Under the pieces are notes generated by a model. That model did no database searches and was not told the DNA's origin. It saw nothing but the letters and a program-made list of their open reading frames with translations. The translations under genes were made by a program, and so were the position numbers. From the NCBI GenBank assembly GCA_038061795.1, contig JBBTYL010000003.1, positions 64,041 through 128,040 of the forward strand: a stretch of 64,000 bases of DNA, written 5' to 3'. The DNA comes from Patescibacteria group bacterium (GTDB taxonomy: Bacteria > Patescibacteriota > Minisyncoccia > Phycocordibacterales > PALSA-1337). Numbering within the stretch: the first letter of the stretch is position 1; every line of letters begins with the position of its first letter. Below are positions 1-9,305 of this stretch, piece after piece.

Positions 1-120
1 GACCCACTCGATTTCGACACCATCGAGCACTGCGGCTCGACTTACGATTCGTGTTGCCTGCGCCATCATTTCAGGGGCAGATCCGTCACCAGCGACCAGA
101 GCAATTTTAGTATTTTTCAT
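1..120 (-). CDS. 5' end (40 codons) of an isocitrate/isopropylmalate dehydrogenase-family gene, cut by the window edge
   Basis: Reverse-strand translation from ATG at 120 gives MKNTKIALVAGDGSAPEMMAQATRIVSRAAVLDGVEIEWV. The KIAxxxGDGxxPE N-terminus is typical of this family. Confidence 0.45.
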   Translation of the reverse strand, partial: MKNTKIALVAGDGSAPEMMAQATRIVSRAAVLDGVEIEWV

Positions 121-409
121 GCAGTAATCTTCTGTTTGTGGTTCGTGTTGAGTTAACGATCATTGTTGATCTGTACTAAATACAACCATAAAATGAGCTT
201 TCGGTCAATAAAAACGTTTTTGCCTTACGTTGAAATGTAGAGAGTACTGTCTCTTTTGTCTCATTTTGACCCCGACCACGACGGGTCTATTCACCTCAAC
301 TAAAAGTGCTACAATACTCTTACAGGGTCTAATCTCATATGGTTCCATACTGGGGAACACAGCAATTTAGTTTTTTGTAAATCACCCTGAAAAGTTATAA
401 AATGAAGCT

Positions 410-892
410 ATGAACACAATACCAAAAAATACAATTTGTCTCTGGTTCGATAAGGACGCGGAAGCTGCAGCGAAGTTTTATGCCGCTACTTTTCCGGACA
501 GCAAGCTTACTAATGTTTTCCGTGCGCCAAGTGACTTCCCAAGCGGCAAGGCTGGCGACGTGCTAACGGTGGAGTTCACGGTTTGTGGAACTCGTTGTAT
601 CGGCCTGAATGGCGGACCTATTTTCAAACAAAGCGAGGCTTTTTCTTTCCAGATCGCAACTGATGATCAGGAAGAAACGGACCGCTATTGGAATGCTATC
701 GTTGGGAACGGCGGCCAGGAAAGCGAATGCGGATGGTGCAAAGATCGCTGGGGGGTATCATGGCAGATTACACCGCGTACATTGATCGAAGCGCTTGCAG
801 TCGGTGGCGAAGAAGCAAAGCGCGCTTTCGGAGCGATGATGACCATGAGGAAGATCGACGTTGCTACTATTGATGCTGCGCGAAAGGGTTAA
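410..892 (+). CDS. VOC/PhnB-like protein (3-demethylubiquinone-9 3-methyltransferase-domain family)
   Basis: 160-aa ORF. Contains ICLWFDxxAEEAAxFY and CGWCKDRWGVSWQI motifs characteristic of the PhnB/YjdN-like glyoxalase-fold family. Confidence 0.7.
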   Translation: MNTIPKNTICLWFDKDAEAAAKFYAATFPDSKLTNVFRAPSDFPSGKAGDVLTVEFTVCGTRCIGLNGGPIFKQSEAFSFQIATDDQEETDRYWNAIVGNGGQESECGWCKDRWGVSWQITPRTLIEALAVGGEEAKRAFGAMMTMRKIDVATIDAARKG

Positions 893-906
893 ATAGGGAT
901 CAACCA

Positions 907-1863
907 GTGAAAAAAATAGTAACTATTGGGGGAGGGGGTGGACATTCTCAAGTGCTAAAAGCACTCATGGATATTCCTAATATCCAAATCACTGGCATTT
1001 GCCCTAGCACAGACTCAGGCGGATCAACTGGTGTACTACAAAAGGAATATAATGGGAGCGGATACACCGGCGATCTCACAAAGTGCATCTTGACACTCTG
1101 CAAAGACGATATTCTCAAAAAGGCGCTTTCATACCGCTATGAGAACGGTCCTTTACATACTCATTCTGTGAAAAATCTTCTCTTTCATGCTTTGGAAAAA
1201 GTAAGTGATCCGATGCAATCGCTCGAAATGATGTGGAAAGTATGTGGACTTGGAAAGCACCGCGTAATACCCGTCACCAACGAAAAGACAGAACTTTGTG
1301 CTTCTCTTAGCATCGGCAACACTATTTCCGGAGAGACGAATATCGACACGATCGCCAAGAACCCTCTTTGGAATCCTGATGTCCATTCGATTTCAAACAT
1401 CTATCTGAAACCTGAAGTCAAAGCTTCAAAATTGGCGCTCGACGCAATCAAAGAAGCCGATTACATTATTATCTGCCCTGGAGACCTCTATTCAAGCATC
1501 ATCCCTACCCTATTACCAAAAGGAATTAAAAAGACAATCTCAAATTCGTCAGCAAAAATAGTGTTAATCCTCAATATCATGACAAAAAAGGGGGAAACGG
1601 ATAACTACACTGCCATGGATTTTGTAAGAAGAATCGAGGGTCGGCTTGGGAGGAAGACTGATCACATCCTTTATAACAACAAGCCGATTCCTAAAAAAAT
1701 ACTTCTCAAATACTCGCTTGAACAGAAAGTCGAACTTGGAATGCTTAGGGATTCGAAAGATTCGAGAATAATTTCGATCCCTCTTGCAAGGATTTCAGAG
1801 TCGAATCAGATTTACAGCGATCCTTATGCAATAATGAAAGCCGTAAAATCACTTATAAGATAA
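907..1863 (+). CDS. YvcK/CofD-family protein (UPF0052, gluconeogenesis factor-like)
   Basis: GTG start. N-terminal IGGGGGHSQVLKAL and STDSGGSTG motifs match the family. Confidence 0.75.
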   Translation: MKKIVTIGGGGGHSQVLKALMDIPNIQITGICPSTDSGGSTGVLQKEYNGSGYTGDLTKCILTLCKDDILKKALSYRYENGPLHTHSVKNLLFHALEKVSDPMQSLEMMWKVCGLGKHRVIPVTNEKTELCASLSIGNTISGETNIDTIAKNPLWNPDVHSISNIYLKPEVKASKLALDAIKEADYIIICPGDLYSSIIPTLLPKGIKKTISNSSAKIVLILNIMTKKGETDNYTAMDFVRRIEGRLGRKTDHILYNNKPIPKKILLKYSLEQKVELGMLRDSKDSRIISIPLARISESNQIYSDPYAIMKAVKSLIR

Positions 1864-1864
1864 G

Positions 1865-2344
1865 ATGGGAGATCGAATACAAAAAGTGATCATATACGAC
1901 CTTGATGACACGCTTTTCGATTCTACTGGGCAACCAAAGGATGACGGAAAAAACTGGTCAATAAAATTGTTTGATGGATTGCAAGAAATGCTTGATTCAA
2001 AAAAACATCTTAACATTCTTGTAACGCGTGGAAACAAGGAATTGCAGGACAGGAAAATTGACGTGCTTGGCTTGAGAAAAAATTTTTTATCCATATACAT
2101 AGTTGAATCTGATAGACACAAGCATGAACAATTCAAAAAAATAATGATTGATTTTCCGGATAAGGAAATTGTAATTGTCGGGAATCGCATAGACTGCGAG
2201 ATAAGATACGGCAATCAGCTCGGCCTAAAAACAATCCACATACGGCATGGCAAATATATGGAATTAAAGCCAAGGGATCAATTTGAAATTCCATCAGAAT
2301 CACTTGGCTTGGGAGATCTGAATAATCTTGAAGGTTATTTATAA
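1865..2344 (+). CDS. HAD-superfamily hydrolase
   Basis: IIYDLDDTLFDS (DxDxT motif I) at the N-terminus. Starts 1 nt after the upstream stop. Confidence 0.55.
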   Translation: MGDRIQKVIIYDLDDTLFDSTGQPKDDGKNWSIKLFDGLQEMLDSKKHLNILVTRGNKELQDRKIDVLGLRKNFLSIYIVESDRHKHEQFKKIMIDFPDKEIVIVGNRIDCEIRYGNQLGLKTIHIRHGKYMELKPRDQFEIPSESLGLGDLNNLEGYL

Positions 2345-2365
2345 GTAATTTGATATAATTAACTC

Positions 2366-2818
2366 ATGCAAAAAATACATTTTTCAATACAAATTAATGC
2401 ACCAAAAGAGAAAGTTTGGGACACTATGCTCGGAGATGCGACCTATCGTGAATGGACAACACCGTTCCACGAAGGCTCATATTACAAGGGAGATTGGAGC
2501 GAAGGATCAAAAATGCTTTTTCTCGGTCCAGATGAAGCCAGCAAGAAAGATGGTGGCATGGTAAGTCGCATAAAGAAAAACCGTAAATATGAATTCATTT
2601 CCATTGAGCACCTAGGAATGGTCATGGGTGGCGTTGTTGATACGACAAGCGATGAGGTAAAGAAATGGACTCCAGCATTCGAGAATTACACGTTCACAGA
2701 GAAGGATGGCGGTACGGAAATATCTGTTGAGATCGATATTAATGAAGAATATAAAGCAATGTTCGAGGACATGTGGCCCAAGGCGCTCAGGGTACTGAAG
2801 GAGGTTGCAGAAAGATAA
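2366..2818 (+). CDS. SRPBCC/AHSA1-like domain protein
   Basis: 150 aa. The pattern INAPKEKVWDTM...YREW is typical of the Aha1/START-like fold. Confidence 0.6.
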   Translation: MQKIHFSIQINAPKEKVWDTMLGDATYREWTTPFHEGSYYKGDWSEGSKMLFLGPDEASKKDGGMVSRIKKNRKYEFISIEHLGMVMGGVVDTTSDEVKKWTPAFENYTFTEKDGGTEISVEIDINEEYKAMFEDMWPKALRVLKEVAER

Positions 2819-2894
2819 TTCAGTGAGGAAAAAATGGCTGTCTTAAATGCTAAGAATGTTTAGGAGGATATAAAATAAATTTTAATTTCTGATT

Positions 2895-3725
2895 TTACTT
2901 AAACAACTTCCCAAACTCCCCCATCGGCATATCGTAGTTGAACCCCGCCTCGCGTTCCTGCAACCGGCCCTGCTTATCCTTGTCATATCTCGGAGTGTTC
3001 TTGAGTTGAATGAAACAAACAGCAGAGTATCTTCCACCAATAGCTGTCTCTAGAGTCGCAATGACTCGATGACACAACGCATTCAGTTTTCCCTCAGAAC
3101 GAAGCTGCAGCTGCATCGAAGGAATGATATCTGTCTCGCCAGCAGATATTGAGGCATCCCTCCAAACCTTGCTGGAATCAAGATATTGAAGTCCTGGCGC
3201 GCTTTCAAAAAGATGCAAAGTAAATCCTGATTGGTCCACGTGAGCACTTGCAGTTTCGTCTCCCACATTTCGTTCACCAAAATAGTGAATGAAGCGCACA
3301 AAGAATGCAGATTCGCTGTCTGCAACTTCTTGTTTGAAGCCTTTCAGACTATATGTTTTTTCAACTTGCTCAGCAAAATCAAGAACAAGCGGCTTGAGTA
3401 AACCGACAAGATCCGTAGATTGAACTGCAAAGTTAAGAGCAGCAATGCTTTCAATCTTTTGTGCGTTAACTTTGACCCATCCTTTACCAGCAAGTGTGAC
3501 ATCAAAGTTTTCTTTTCTGTCAGCATTCTTCCCAACCCCGTCCTTGAACTCGTAGCCAACACCCGTCCCTCCATTGCTATACGGCAACCCTTTCTTTGTC
3601 TCAGTTGGCAATGCACAGAATCTTTTCCATGACTTCACCGCGTTTTCTACCGGTCCGCGAAGCGATTCCGGATACTTCATAGTTACGAAGCCTTTTGTCT
3701 TCAAGTCATTGATAGGTGTTTTCAT
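2895..3725 (-). CDS. 2-oxoglutarate/Fe(II)-dependent oxygenase
   Basis: HxD...H facial triad context: AHVDQSGFTLHLFESAPGLQYLD ... CHRV ... GGRYSAVCF, isopenicillin-N-synthase-like. Confidence 0.7.
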   Translation of the reverse strand: MKTPINDLKTKGFVTMKYPESLRGPVENAVKSWKRFCALPTETKKGLPYSNGGTGVGYEFKDGVGKNADRKENFDVTLAGKGWVKVNAQKIESIAALNFAVQSTDLVGLLKPLVLDFAEQVEKTYSLKGFKQEVADSESAFFVRFIHYFGERNVGDETASAHVDQSGFTLHLFESAPGLQYLDSSKVWRDASISAGETDIIPSMQLQLRSEGKLNALCHRVIATLETAIGGRYSAVCFIQLKNTPRYDKDKQGRLQEREAGFNYDMPMGEFGKLFK

Positions 3726-3832
3726 AGTTTTCTTAAGGAGCTGATTATTTGCTCCAATAAAAGAATATGAAATTGAGAAAAATTAAAAAAGAGAGGACAT
3801 CCTCGGTAGATTTAATCAAACGAGTTTAATAT

Positions 3833-3867
3833 AAAAAACCACTTTTATCCAAGTTGGATGAAAGTGG
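3833..3867 (-). terminator. Intrinsic terminator of the 3879-4370 gene
   Basis: Minus-sense hairpin CCACTTT..ATCCAActTGGAT..AAAGTGG followed by TTTTTT. Confidence 0.6.
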
Positions 3868-3878
3868 CTCTGAACTGC

Positions 3879-4370
3879 TCAGATTTGCAAGATAACGTCC
3901 TTTTTGCCGAAAAAAGTATGACTTCGATGACGTGTCAAAATCATCATTTTCCCCTTTTCCTCATACTTTTCTCCTCCCAAATGGAATACACCCGAGGACT
4001 CGACCAATTTTTCCTGGTTTTCGAAATCCTTTCCACCCAGTTTTACCATCAACGTCTTAATTATCGTGAAAGTGAAGGAAACTACCTCGGGCAGTGCTTT
4101 TTGTGCAATTTCTTGAGGTTTTAGAGCACCCTCAAATTCCTTAGTGTAGGAATCATGCATTCCTTGCCAAAGGACGCGATATTTTACGACTGTCTTAATT
4201 TTCTCTTCCATCTTTTTCCTTTCCACACAAGACTGAGAAAGAAGAAACTGCTCGTTCAAAAAATCCAGAGCCTCCTCAGGCTTGTAGCTAAAAACCAAAT
4301 TACTCTGTGGTCTTCGCTTCCTTCTGACTGCTTTTTTCTTATTAGTTTTATTCTTTGTTTTTTTGCTCAT
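3879..4370 (-). CDS. Hypothetical protein with a highly basic N-terminus
   Basis: 163-aa ORF starting MSKKTKNKTNKKKAVRRKRRPQ. Has its own terminator. No family recognised. Confidence 0.5.
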   Translation of the reverse strand: MSKKTKNKTNKKKAVRRKRRPQSNLVFSYKPEEALDFLNEQFLLSQSCVERKKMEEKIKTVVKYRVLWQGMHDSYTKEFEGALKPQEIAQKALPEVVSFTFTIIKTLMVKLGGKDFENQEKLVESSGVFHLGGEKYEEKGKMMILTRHRSHTFFGKKDVILQI

Positions 4371-4437
4371 AGTTCACCTTTCCAAAAAGAAGTATATGCG
4401 TCAGCAAAAACAATGATAGTGAGGAATACCTCGGTAA

Positions 4438-5151
4438 TTAAATTTTGTCGCTCTTTATGACCTCCTCCATAAAAAATGGTAATTTATCTATTGAGCCGTC
4501 ACGAATCGCCTTTAAAACTGTAGTGATGCCTTTAATTGAATCAAACTCATCTGATTCGTTCTTAATTGCCTCATCAATTGGCACCCACATATTATGTCCA
4601 AAATCGCTATCCTCAATAAGGTCTCCAAAATATTCATCGGCATAGGCTATTGGGAACATCAAATCAGAAAAAAGTTCTCCAGATTTATACATTATTCGCC
4701 GCTCACACCCAATCAATCTAAAATCGGCATCAAGGCCAGTTTCCTGTTTCAGTTTTCTCTTTGCTGCTGGCTCTATAAGCTCACCCTTCAGGACAACACC
4801 TCCCATAACGCCAATCTTTCCATATGATGGGTTTGATTTCCTTATTTGATTAAGTATCTCTATTTTTTTGTTATTAATCCTCGAAACGATCGTAATCACA
4901 TTTATTTTAAAGAGACTCGTGATCGCATCATTGGTGGGATACGGATCTGCAACATGCTTGATGCCTATTTCAGAAAGAGAATATCCCTCGCCGGATTTCA
5001 AGATAAAACCTTTTTTGACCAAAAACTGCAGATGATAGTTATAGAGGTCATTCGGGATCTTTTCAGGCTGCATATCGCTATAGCGCAGGGATTTAGCGTT
5101 TTTGAGTTTGGAAAGTATGTGGTTCTGGATGGAAGATAGATTGCGAAGCAT
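4438..5151 (-). CDS. Winged-helix + Nudix-fold protein with a degenerate Nudix box
   Basis: N-terminal HTH-like region (LYNYHLQFLVKKGFI). The Nudix-box-like segment GVVLKGELIEPAAKRKLKQETGL has RK in place of RE and QE in place of EE. Confidence 0.55.
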   Translation of the reverse strand: MLRNLSSIQNHILSKLKNAKSLRYSDMQPEKIPNDLYNYHLQFLVKKGFILKSGEGYSLSEIGIKHVADPYPTNDAITSLFKINVITIVSRINNKKIEILNQIRKSNPSYGKIGVMGGVVLKGELIEPAAKRKLKQETGLDADFRLIGCERRIMYKSGELFSDLMFPIAYADEYFGDLIEDSDFGHNMWVPIDEAIKNESDEFDSIKGITTVLKAIRDGSIDKLPFFMEEVIKSDKI

Positions 5152-5251
5152 GCTGGGATACTATCTTGATTTGAGAAATTTGACAAGTAATAAAAAAATA
5201 GTACAGTATCGAAAGGACTTTTCAACCGCAACCACAAACCCCGATTGAATC

Positions 5252-5821
5252 ATGCTCATTAACTTTATCGACGATTACCTGATCGAATTCTGGTTTCAGC
5301 CCTTAGCGCACAAATTCCAAAGGCTTACAGGAAAAGACAATTTTTTCTTGACTAGGTTTTGTTTTATTTTGCATTGGCTTTCATCAATATCAGCAGGTTA
5401 TCTCCAATCAAAAAAATCCTCAGAAATTTACGGGTGGTCAACCTTCCTCATAATCATACTTTTGCTTTGGACTTACTCAAGCCAAAGAAATTATAGGGAT
5501 GCAAGCGGGAACAGCCCGCTACGTGCTATGAACCCTCAAAGGTGGTATCCATTAAACAAAGGATTGCGAACAATCATCGTCGTGTTCGCAATTCAAATAA
5601 TCTTCTGTGTTCATATTCCTCACATTCTTGATGATGGAACTCAACTGTTAGGGTGCGTAGGTTTAACTTCTGAATTAAGTCTTTCATCAGGATATTATCT
5701 AATTGCCTGCACCCCCCTTCCGCCGGGAACTGGATTGTTCAGGAAATGGCTCGATTCTGCCGTTGGATTCATCAAGAGTCTTGGCTCAAACGCTAGCCAG
5801 CCGATGCCTGTACCAGGCTGA
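5252..5821 (+). CDS. Hypothetical multi-pass membrane protein
   Basis: 189-aa ORF with several hydrophobic segments. A TTGACA-N17-TACAGT promoter-like motif lies upstream and a terminator downstream. Confidence 0.5.
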   Translation: MLINFIDDYLIEFWFQPLAHKFQRLTGKDNFFLTRFCFILHWLSSISAGYLQSKKSSEIYGWSTFLIIILLLWTYSSQRNYRDASGNSPLRAMNPQRWYPLNKGLRTIIVVFAIQIIFCVHIPHILDDGTQLLGCVGLTSELSLSSGYYLIACTPLPPGTGLFRKWLDSAVGFIKSLGSNASQPMPVPG

Positions 5822-5840
5822 TTAGTAGCTTAAATTTCAA

Positions 5841-5871
5841 CCGCGAAGGGTTTACTCTTCGCGGCTTTTTT
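5841..5871 (+). terminator. Intrinsic terminator
   Basis: CCGCGAAG-loop-CTTCGCGG followed by CTTTTTT. Confidence 0.7.
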
Positions 5872-5917
5872 ATGTTAAAATTGCATTAGAATTTAACTAA
5901 TTTAACCTAAACAAAAT

Positions 5918-6817
5918 ATGAAAAAAATAATAACAATTATCATCGTCATACTTGCGATTATCGCTGTGTATTTTATCGGCAAAAAGTCATCGAATGACAC
6001 TCCCCCAACGCCGACTCCGGTTGCAAATGACACCAATACTCCCGCGACCTCAACCCAGACCGGAACAGTTACCGACACTACCAAAGAAGTCATTGGCAAA
6101 TCAGTTGAGGGTCGTGACATCTTCGCGTACCATTACGGTACAGGGTCGACAGAAGTCCTCTTTGTCGGAGGCATCCACGGCGGATACGGATGGAATACTG
6201 CCCTCGTAGCTTACCAACTTTCCGATTACTTGAAGGCGAACCCGACTCTCGTCCCTGAAAAGGTAAAAGTCACTGTCATTCCTGTTTTAAATCCTGACGG
6301 TCTCTACAAAATCGTAGGAACTACGACGGGCAATTTCACAAAAGCAAATGCTGCGGCCGATACTGTGCCTGGACGTTTCAATGCGCGTACTGTAGATCTC
6401 AACAGGAATTTCGATTGCGATTGGAAAAAGGACGGCGTATGGCAAAACAAGACAGTCAGCGGAGGAACAGCGGCATTTTCAGAACCTGAAAGCCAAGCCA
6501 TAAGAGATTATGTCGAAACAAATGATCCCGCTGCTGTCGTTGTCTGGTACAGTTCAGCTGGCGGAGTATTCGCATCAAATTGCCACGGCGGGGTCTTGTC
6601 AGAAACAACTGAAATAATGAAAGCTTACGCCGAAGCATCAGGATACCCAGCTTCTAATAGCTTTGATTTTTACACGACCACAGGTGATTTGACGAACTGG
6701 CTCGCAAGAAACATCACGCCCGCAATCAGCGTGCTTCTTACAAACCACACAGATACTGAATGGACGAAAAACCTGGCTGGGGTTGAGGCATTGCTTGAAT
6801 TCTATTCAAATAAATAA
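5918..6817 (+). CDS. Secreted M14-like zinc carboxypeptidase, paralog 1
   Basis: Signal anchor, then VEGRDI..GGIHGGYGWN..NPDG..DLNRNFDCDW. The expected HxxE reads HGGYG. Confidence 0.7.
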   Translation: MKKIITIIIVILAIIAVYFIGKKSSNDTPPTPTPVANDTNTPATSTQTGTVTDTTKEVIGKSVEGRDIFAYHYGTGSTEVLFVGGIHGGYGWNTALVAYQLSDYLKANPTLVPEKVKVTVIPVLNPDGLYKIVGTTTGNFTKANAAADTVPGRFNARTVDLNRNFDCDWKKDGVWQNKTVSGGTAAFSEPESQAIRDYVETNDPAAVVVWYSSAGGVFASNCHGGVLSETTEIMKAYAEASGYPASNSFDFYTTTGDLTNWLARNITPAISVLLTNHTDTEWTKNLAGVEALLEFYSNK

Positions 6818-7689
6818 TGCAGCCCGCTTTTAAAAAGACAGCGGTCATTGTCGCGATTATTGCTGTTGCAATCACTGCCTTCGTCATGCTTCGCAAGCAG
6901 GCGGAGCCTGCAAAAGTAATTGAACAATCGAGACCTGTTGAGGCGGCATATGAGATTATCGGCACTTCTGTACAGGGCAGAAAAATAGAAAGCTACACTT
7001 ATGGGACCAGCACGAAAAAACTTGTTTTTGTCGGCGGCGTCCATGGCGGGTACGAGTGGAACAGCATACTTCTCGCCTATCAATTCAAAGATTACTTGGA
7101 CCAAAATCCTACATCAATCCCTGCGGGCCTTTCCGTCATAGTCATTCCAAACCTGAATCCTGACGGTGTATTCCGCGTAACCAAAAAAGAGGGGCGATTT
7201 GCTATCGCCGATGTTTCAACAAGTACCTTGATTCAAGAGTCGGGACGATTCAACGCAAACAGCGTCGATCTCAACAGGAACTTCGATTGCAAGTGGCAGC
7301 CGAAAAGCACTTGGAGATCAAAGGAAGTCGATGCAGGAACAGCGGCATTCTCCGAACCGGAAGCTTCTGCTTTCCGAAACTTCATTTCAGTTGCAAAGCC
7401 TTCAGCTGTCGTCTTTTGGCATAGCCAATCAAATACAGTATACGCCTCGCAGTGCAACAACGGCATTCTTCCACAGACGCTCGATATCATGAACGCATAT
7501 TCCCAGGCATCCCTCTACCCCGCTGTCCAGACATTTGATGCCTATGTCACCACCGGCGCTGCAGATGATTGGTTGGCTTCAATAAATATTCCGGCAATCA
7601 CAGTCGAGCTCAAGACTCATGAGACAGTTGAATTCGAACGTAATCTTGCTGGAGTAAAGGCTTTGTTTGAATATTTTAAAGTGAAATAG
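6817..7689 (+). CDS. Secreted M14-like zinc carboxypeptidase, paralog 2
   Basis: Collinear with paralog 1 (VQGRKI..GGVHGGYEWN..NPDG..DLNRNFDCKW). Its ATG overlaps the upstream stop (TAATG). Confidence 0.7.
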   Translation: MQPAFKKTAVIVAIIAVAITAFVMLRKQAEPAKVIEQSRPVEAAYEIIGTSVQGRKIESYTYGTSTKKLVFVGGVHGGYEWNSILLAYQFKDYLDQNPTSIPAGLSVIVIPNLNPDGVFRVTKKEGRFAIADVSTSTLIQESGRFNANSVDLNRNFDCKWQPKSTWRSKEVDAGTAAFSEPEASAFRNFISVAKPSAVVFWHSQSNTVYASQCNNGILPQTLDIMNAYSQASLYPAVQTFDAYVTTGAADDWLASINIPAITVELKTHETVEFERNLAGVKALFEYFKVK

Positions 7690-7713
7690 GGTTTGCTAGT
7701 ATAAATTAAGATC

Positions 7714-8442
7714 ATGTTTTCTCTAGAGAAATATAACTTGCAAGAAAATCTAGACGAACCAGCCATTCGTCAATATTCAGCTTTTAAATTAGGAGATGTG
7801 GATGCAATTAAATATTATTCTGAACTGTTAATAGATCGATTAAAATCTATTCTAAACCCTAACGAGAAATATATTCTTTATACGACAAATAAAAGTCCGA
7901 CAAACAATTTTTGTAAAAAGAACTCACTGTTGGCTCTGGAGAGAGCTTCTAGTTATTTCAACATACCCTTAGTCATTGGTGAATATACCTTTTCATATAG
8001 TCCAGAGACTTTTTACGACAACAATATCTCAAGAAAAACAATTCATATACCCTACCTCAAAAAAGCGGATGAACTTAAAATTCTTGGACACAATGTCATT
8101 TTTTTTGATGATTCTATTGTAAGTGGGCTTGCTCTAAAAACCTCGTGTGATATTTTGAAAGGGTTAACAACTAAAATACTTTTCTTTTCTGGAATTGATC
8201 TAACAAAAGGTCCATATATTGAAAAAGATTTTAACAATTACTACTTTGAAACAGAGGGTGTGGCTGGACTAGTAAAAATTATTGGACAACAAGAATATGT
8301 CTTTACGACCCAAATGATGAGAACGATGGGTGCCCTGCAATCCGAACACATTCAAGAAATTTTTGAAAAAATATCTAGCGACAAAAAAGATAATTTCCTG
8401 AAAGCTTATGCACTGTATTTCGGATATCCATACAATTTATAG
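7714..8442 (+). CDS. Hypothetical protein with a phosphoribosyltransferase-like PRPP loop
   Basis: 242 aa in an AT-rich segment. NVIFFDDSIVSGLAL resembles the PRTase motif (hydrophobic run-DD-x-x-S/T-G). This is a weak assignment. Confidence 0.35.
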   Translation: MFSLEKYNLQENLDEPAIRQYSAFKLGDVDAIKYYSELLIDRLKSILNPNEKYILYTTNKSPTNNFCKKNSLLALERASSYFNIPLVIGEYTFSYSPETFYDNNISRKTIHIPYLKKADELKILGHNVIFFDDSIVSGLALKTSCDILKGLTTKILFFSGIDLTKGPYIEKDFNNYYFETEGVAGLVKIIGQQEYVFTTQMMRTMGALQSEHIQEIFEKISSDKKDNFLKAYALYFGYPYNL

Positions 8443-8490
8443 TCGAGCAGCAGATTTCTCCGCTAAACGAAGTTCTTTCTTCACGGTTTT

Positions 8491-9255
8491 TTATTCGTAA
8501 GTAATTATCGAACCCACAATCTCATCCATTAAATCAATCATTACTGGATTAATTGAAGTATTTTCTTTAATTCTGAATGAGATTTCGTAACGGCTCGTAT
8601 CAATATGATACGGAACTATACAACTATGATCTTGCTTTGTTATGAAGCAAAATCCGTAGAAAGAATCTCGGCTCATTTCATAGCCATGTGTCTCCTTTCC
8701 CCGCACCAAAGGTGTGTTATCTACAAGGATTTCATAATATTCCGCCTGATCGCAAACTAGACTTCCTCCCGTCTCGTATTCATCATATACACCATCCATC
8801 CTTTGGATAGTTAGAAAATAACCCTCATTTTCAAGCTCGATAAGATTCTTATCATTCTTTATTTTCCAATTTGCGGGATATTGAAAGGAGAAACCATACT
8901 CAGGGCTTGAGAATCGCTTCCATTCCGCCTTATTAAGCTTTTGAACATTTTTTGGTTCAGGCTTACTTCGCAAAAAATCCTCTTCGCATGCAGTGTAGGG
9001 ATTGCTTATTGAATCGGTCGTACCAGAAACAACCCCAAAAGAACCTGTCATCGAATGATTATAAGTCTTGTGACCTTCATATGTCGTAACGACAGTGGAA
9101 TAGATAATCTGGTCCTCATCAGGAAGCAATGATGGGGTCTCATTGTTGTGGAGCTGCGCGGAATAGGTATCCACTGGCTGTTTGAAGATCTTAAGAACGA
9201 TAGCTAATGCAACAATAAATACAAATATAGCGATTAGAAAATAATTTTTCTTCAC
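8491..9255 (-). CDS. Hypothetical membrane-anchored protein
   Basis: 254-aa ORF with an N-terminal TM helix (YFLIAIFVFIVALAIVL). No family recognised. Confidence 0.5.
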   Translation of the reverse strand: MKKNYFLIAIFVFIVALAIVLKIFKQPVDTYSAQLHNNETPSLLPDEDQIIYSTVVTTYEGHKTYNHSMTGSFGVVSGTTDSISNPYTACEEDFLRSKPEPKNVQKLNKAEWKRFSSPEYGFSFQYPANWKIKNDKNLIELENEGYFLTIQRMDGVYDEYETGGSLVCDQAEYYEILVDNTPLVRGKETHGYEMSRDSFYGFCFITKQDHSCIVPYHIDTSRYEISFRIKENTSINPVMIDLMDEIVGSIITYE

Positions 9256-9305
9256 GCGTTCATAGTATCAAAAGTAATCCATCTTTTCAATAAAAACGAA
9301 AGGGT

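Noticed and set aside
121-409. Possible riboswitch or leader upstream of the VOC-family gene (long-range CAGGGT/ACCCTG pairing, extended -10 TGcTACAAT at 307-315)
   Set aside because: Only one short complementary pair and no recognisable riboswitch core. This is insufficient evidence.
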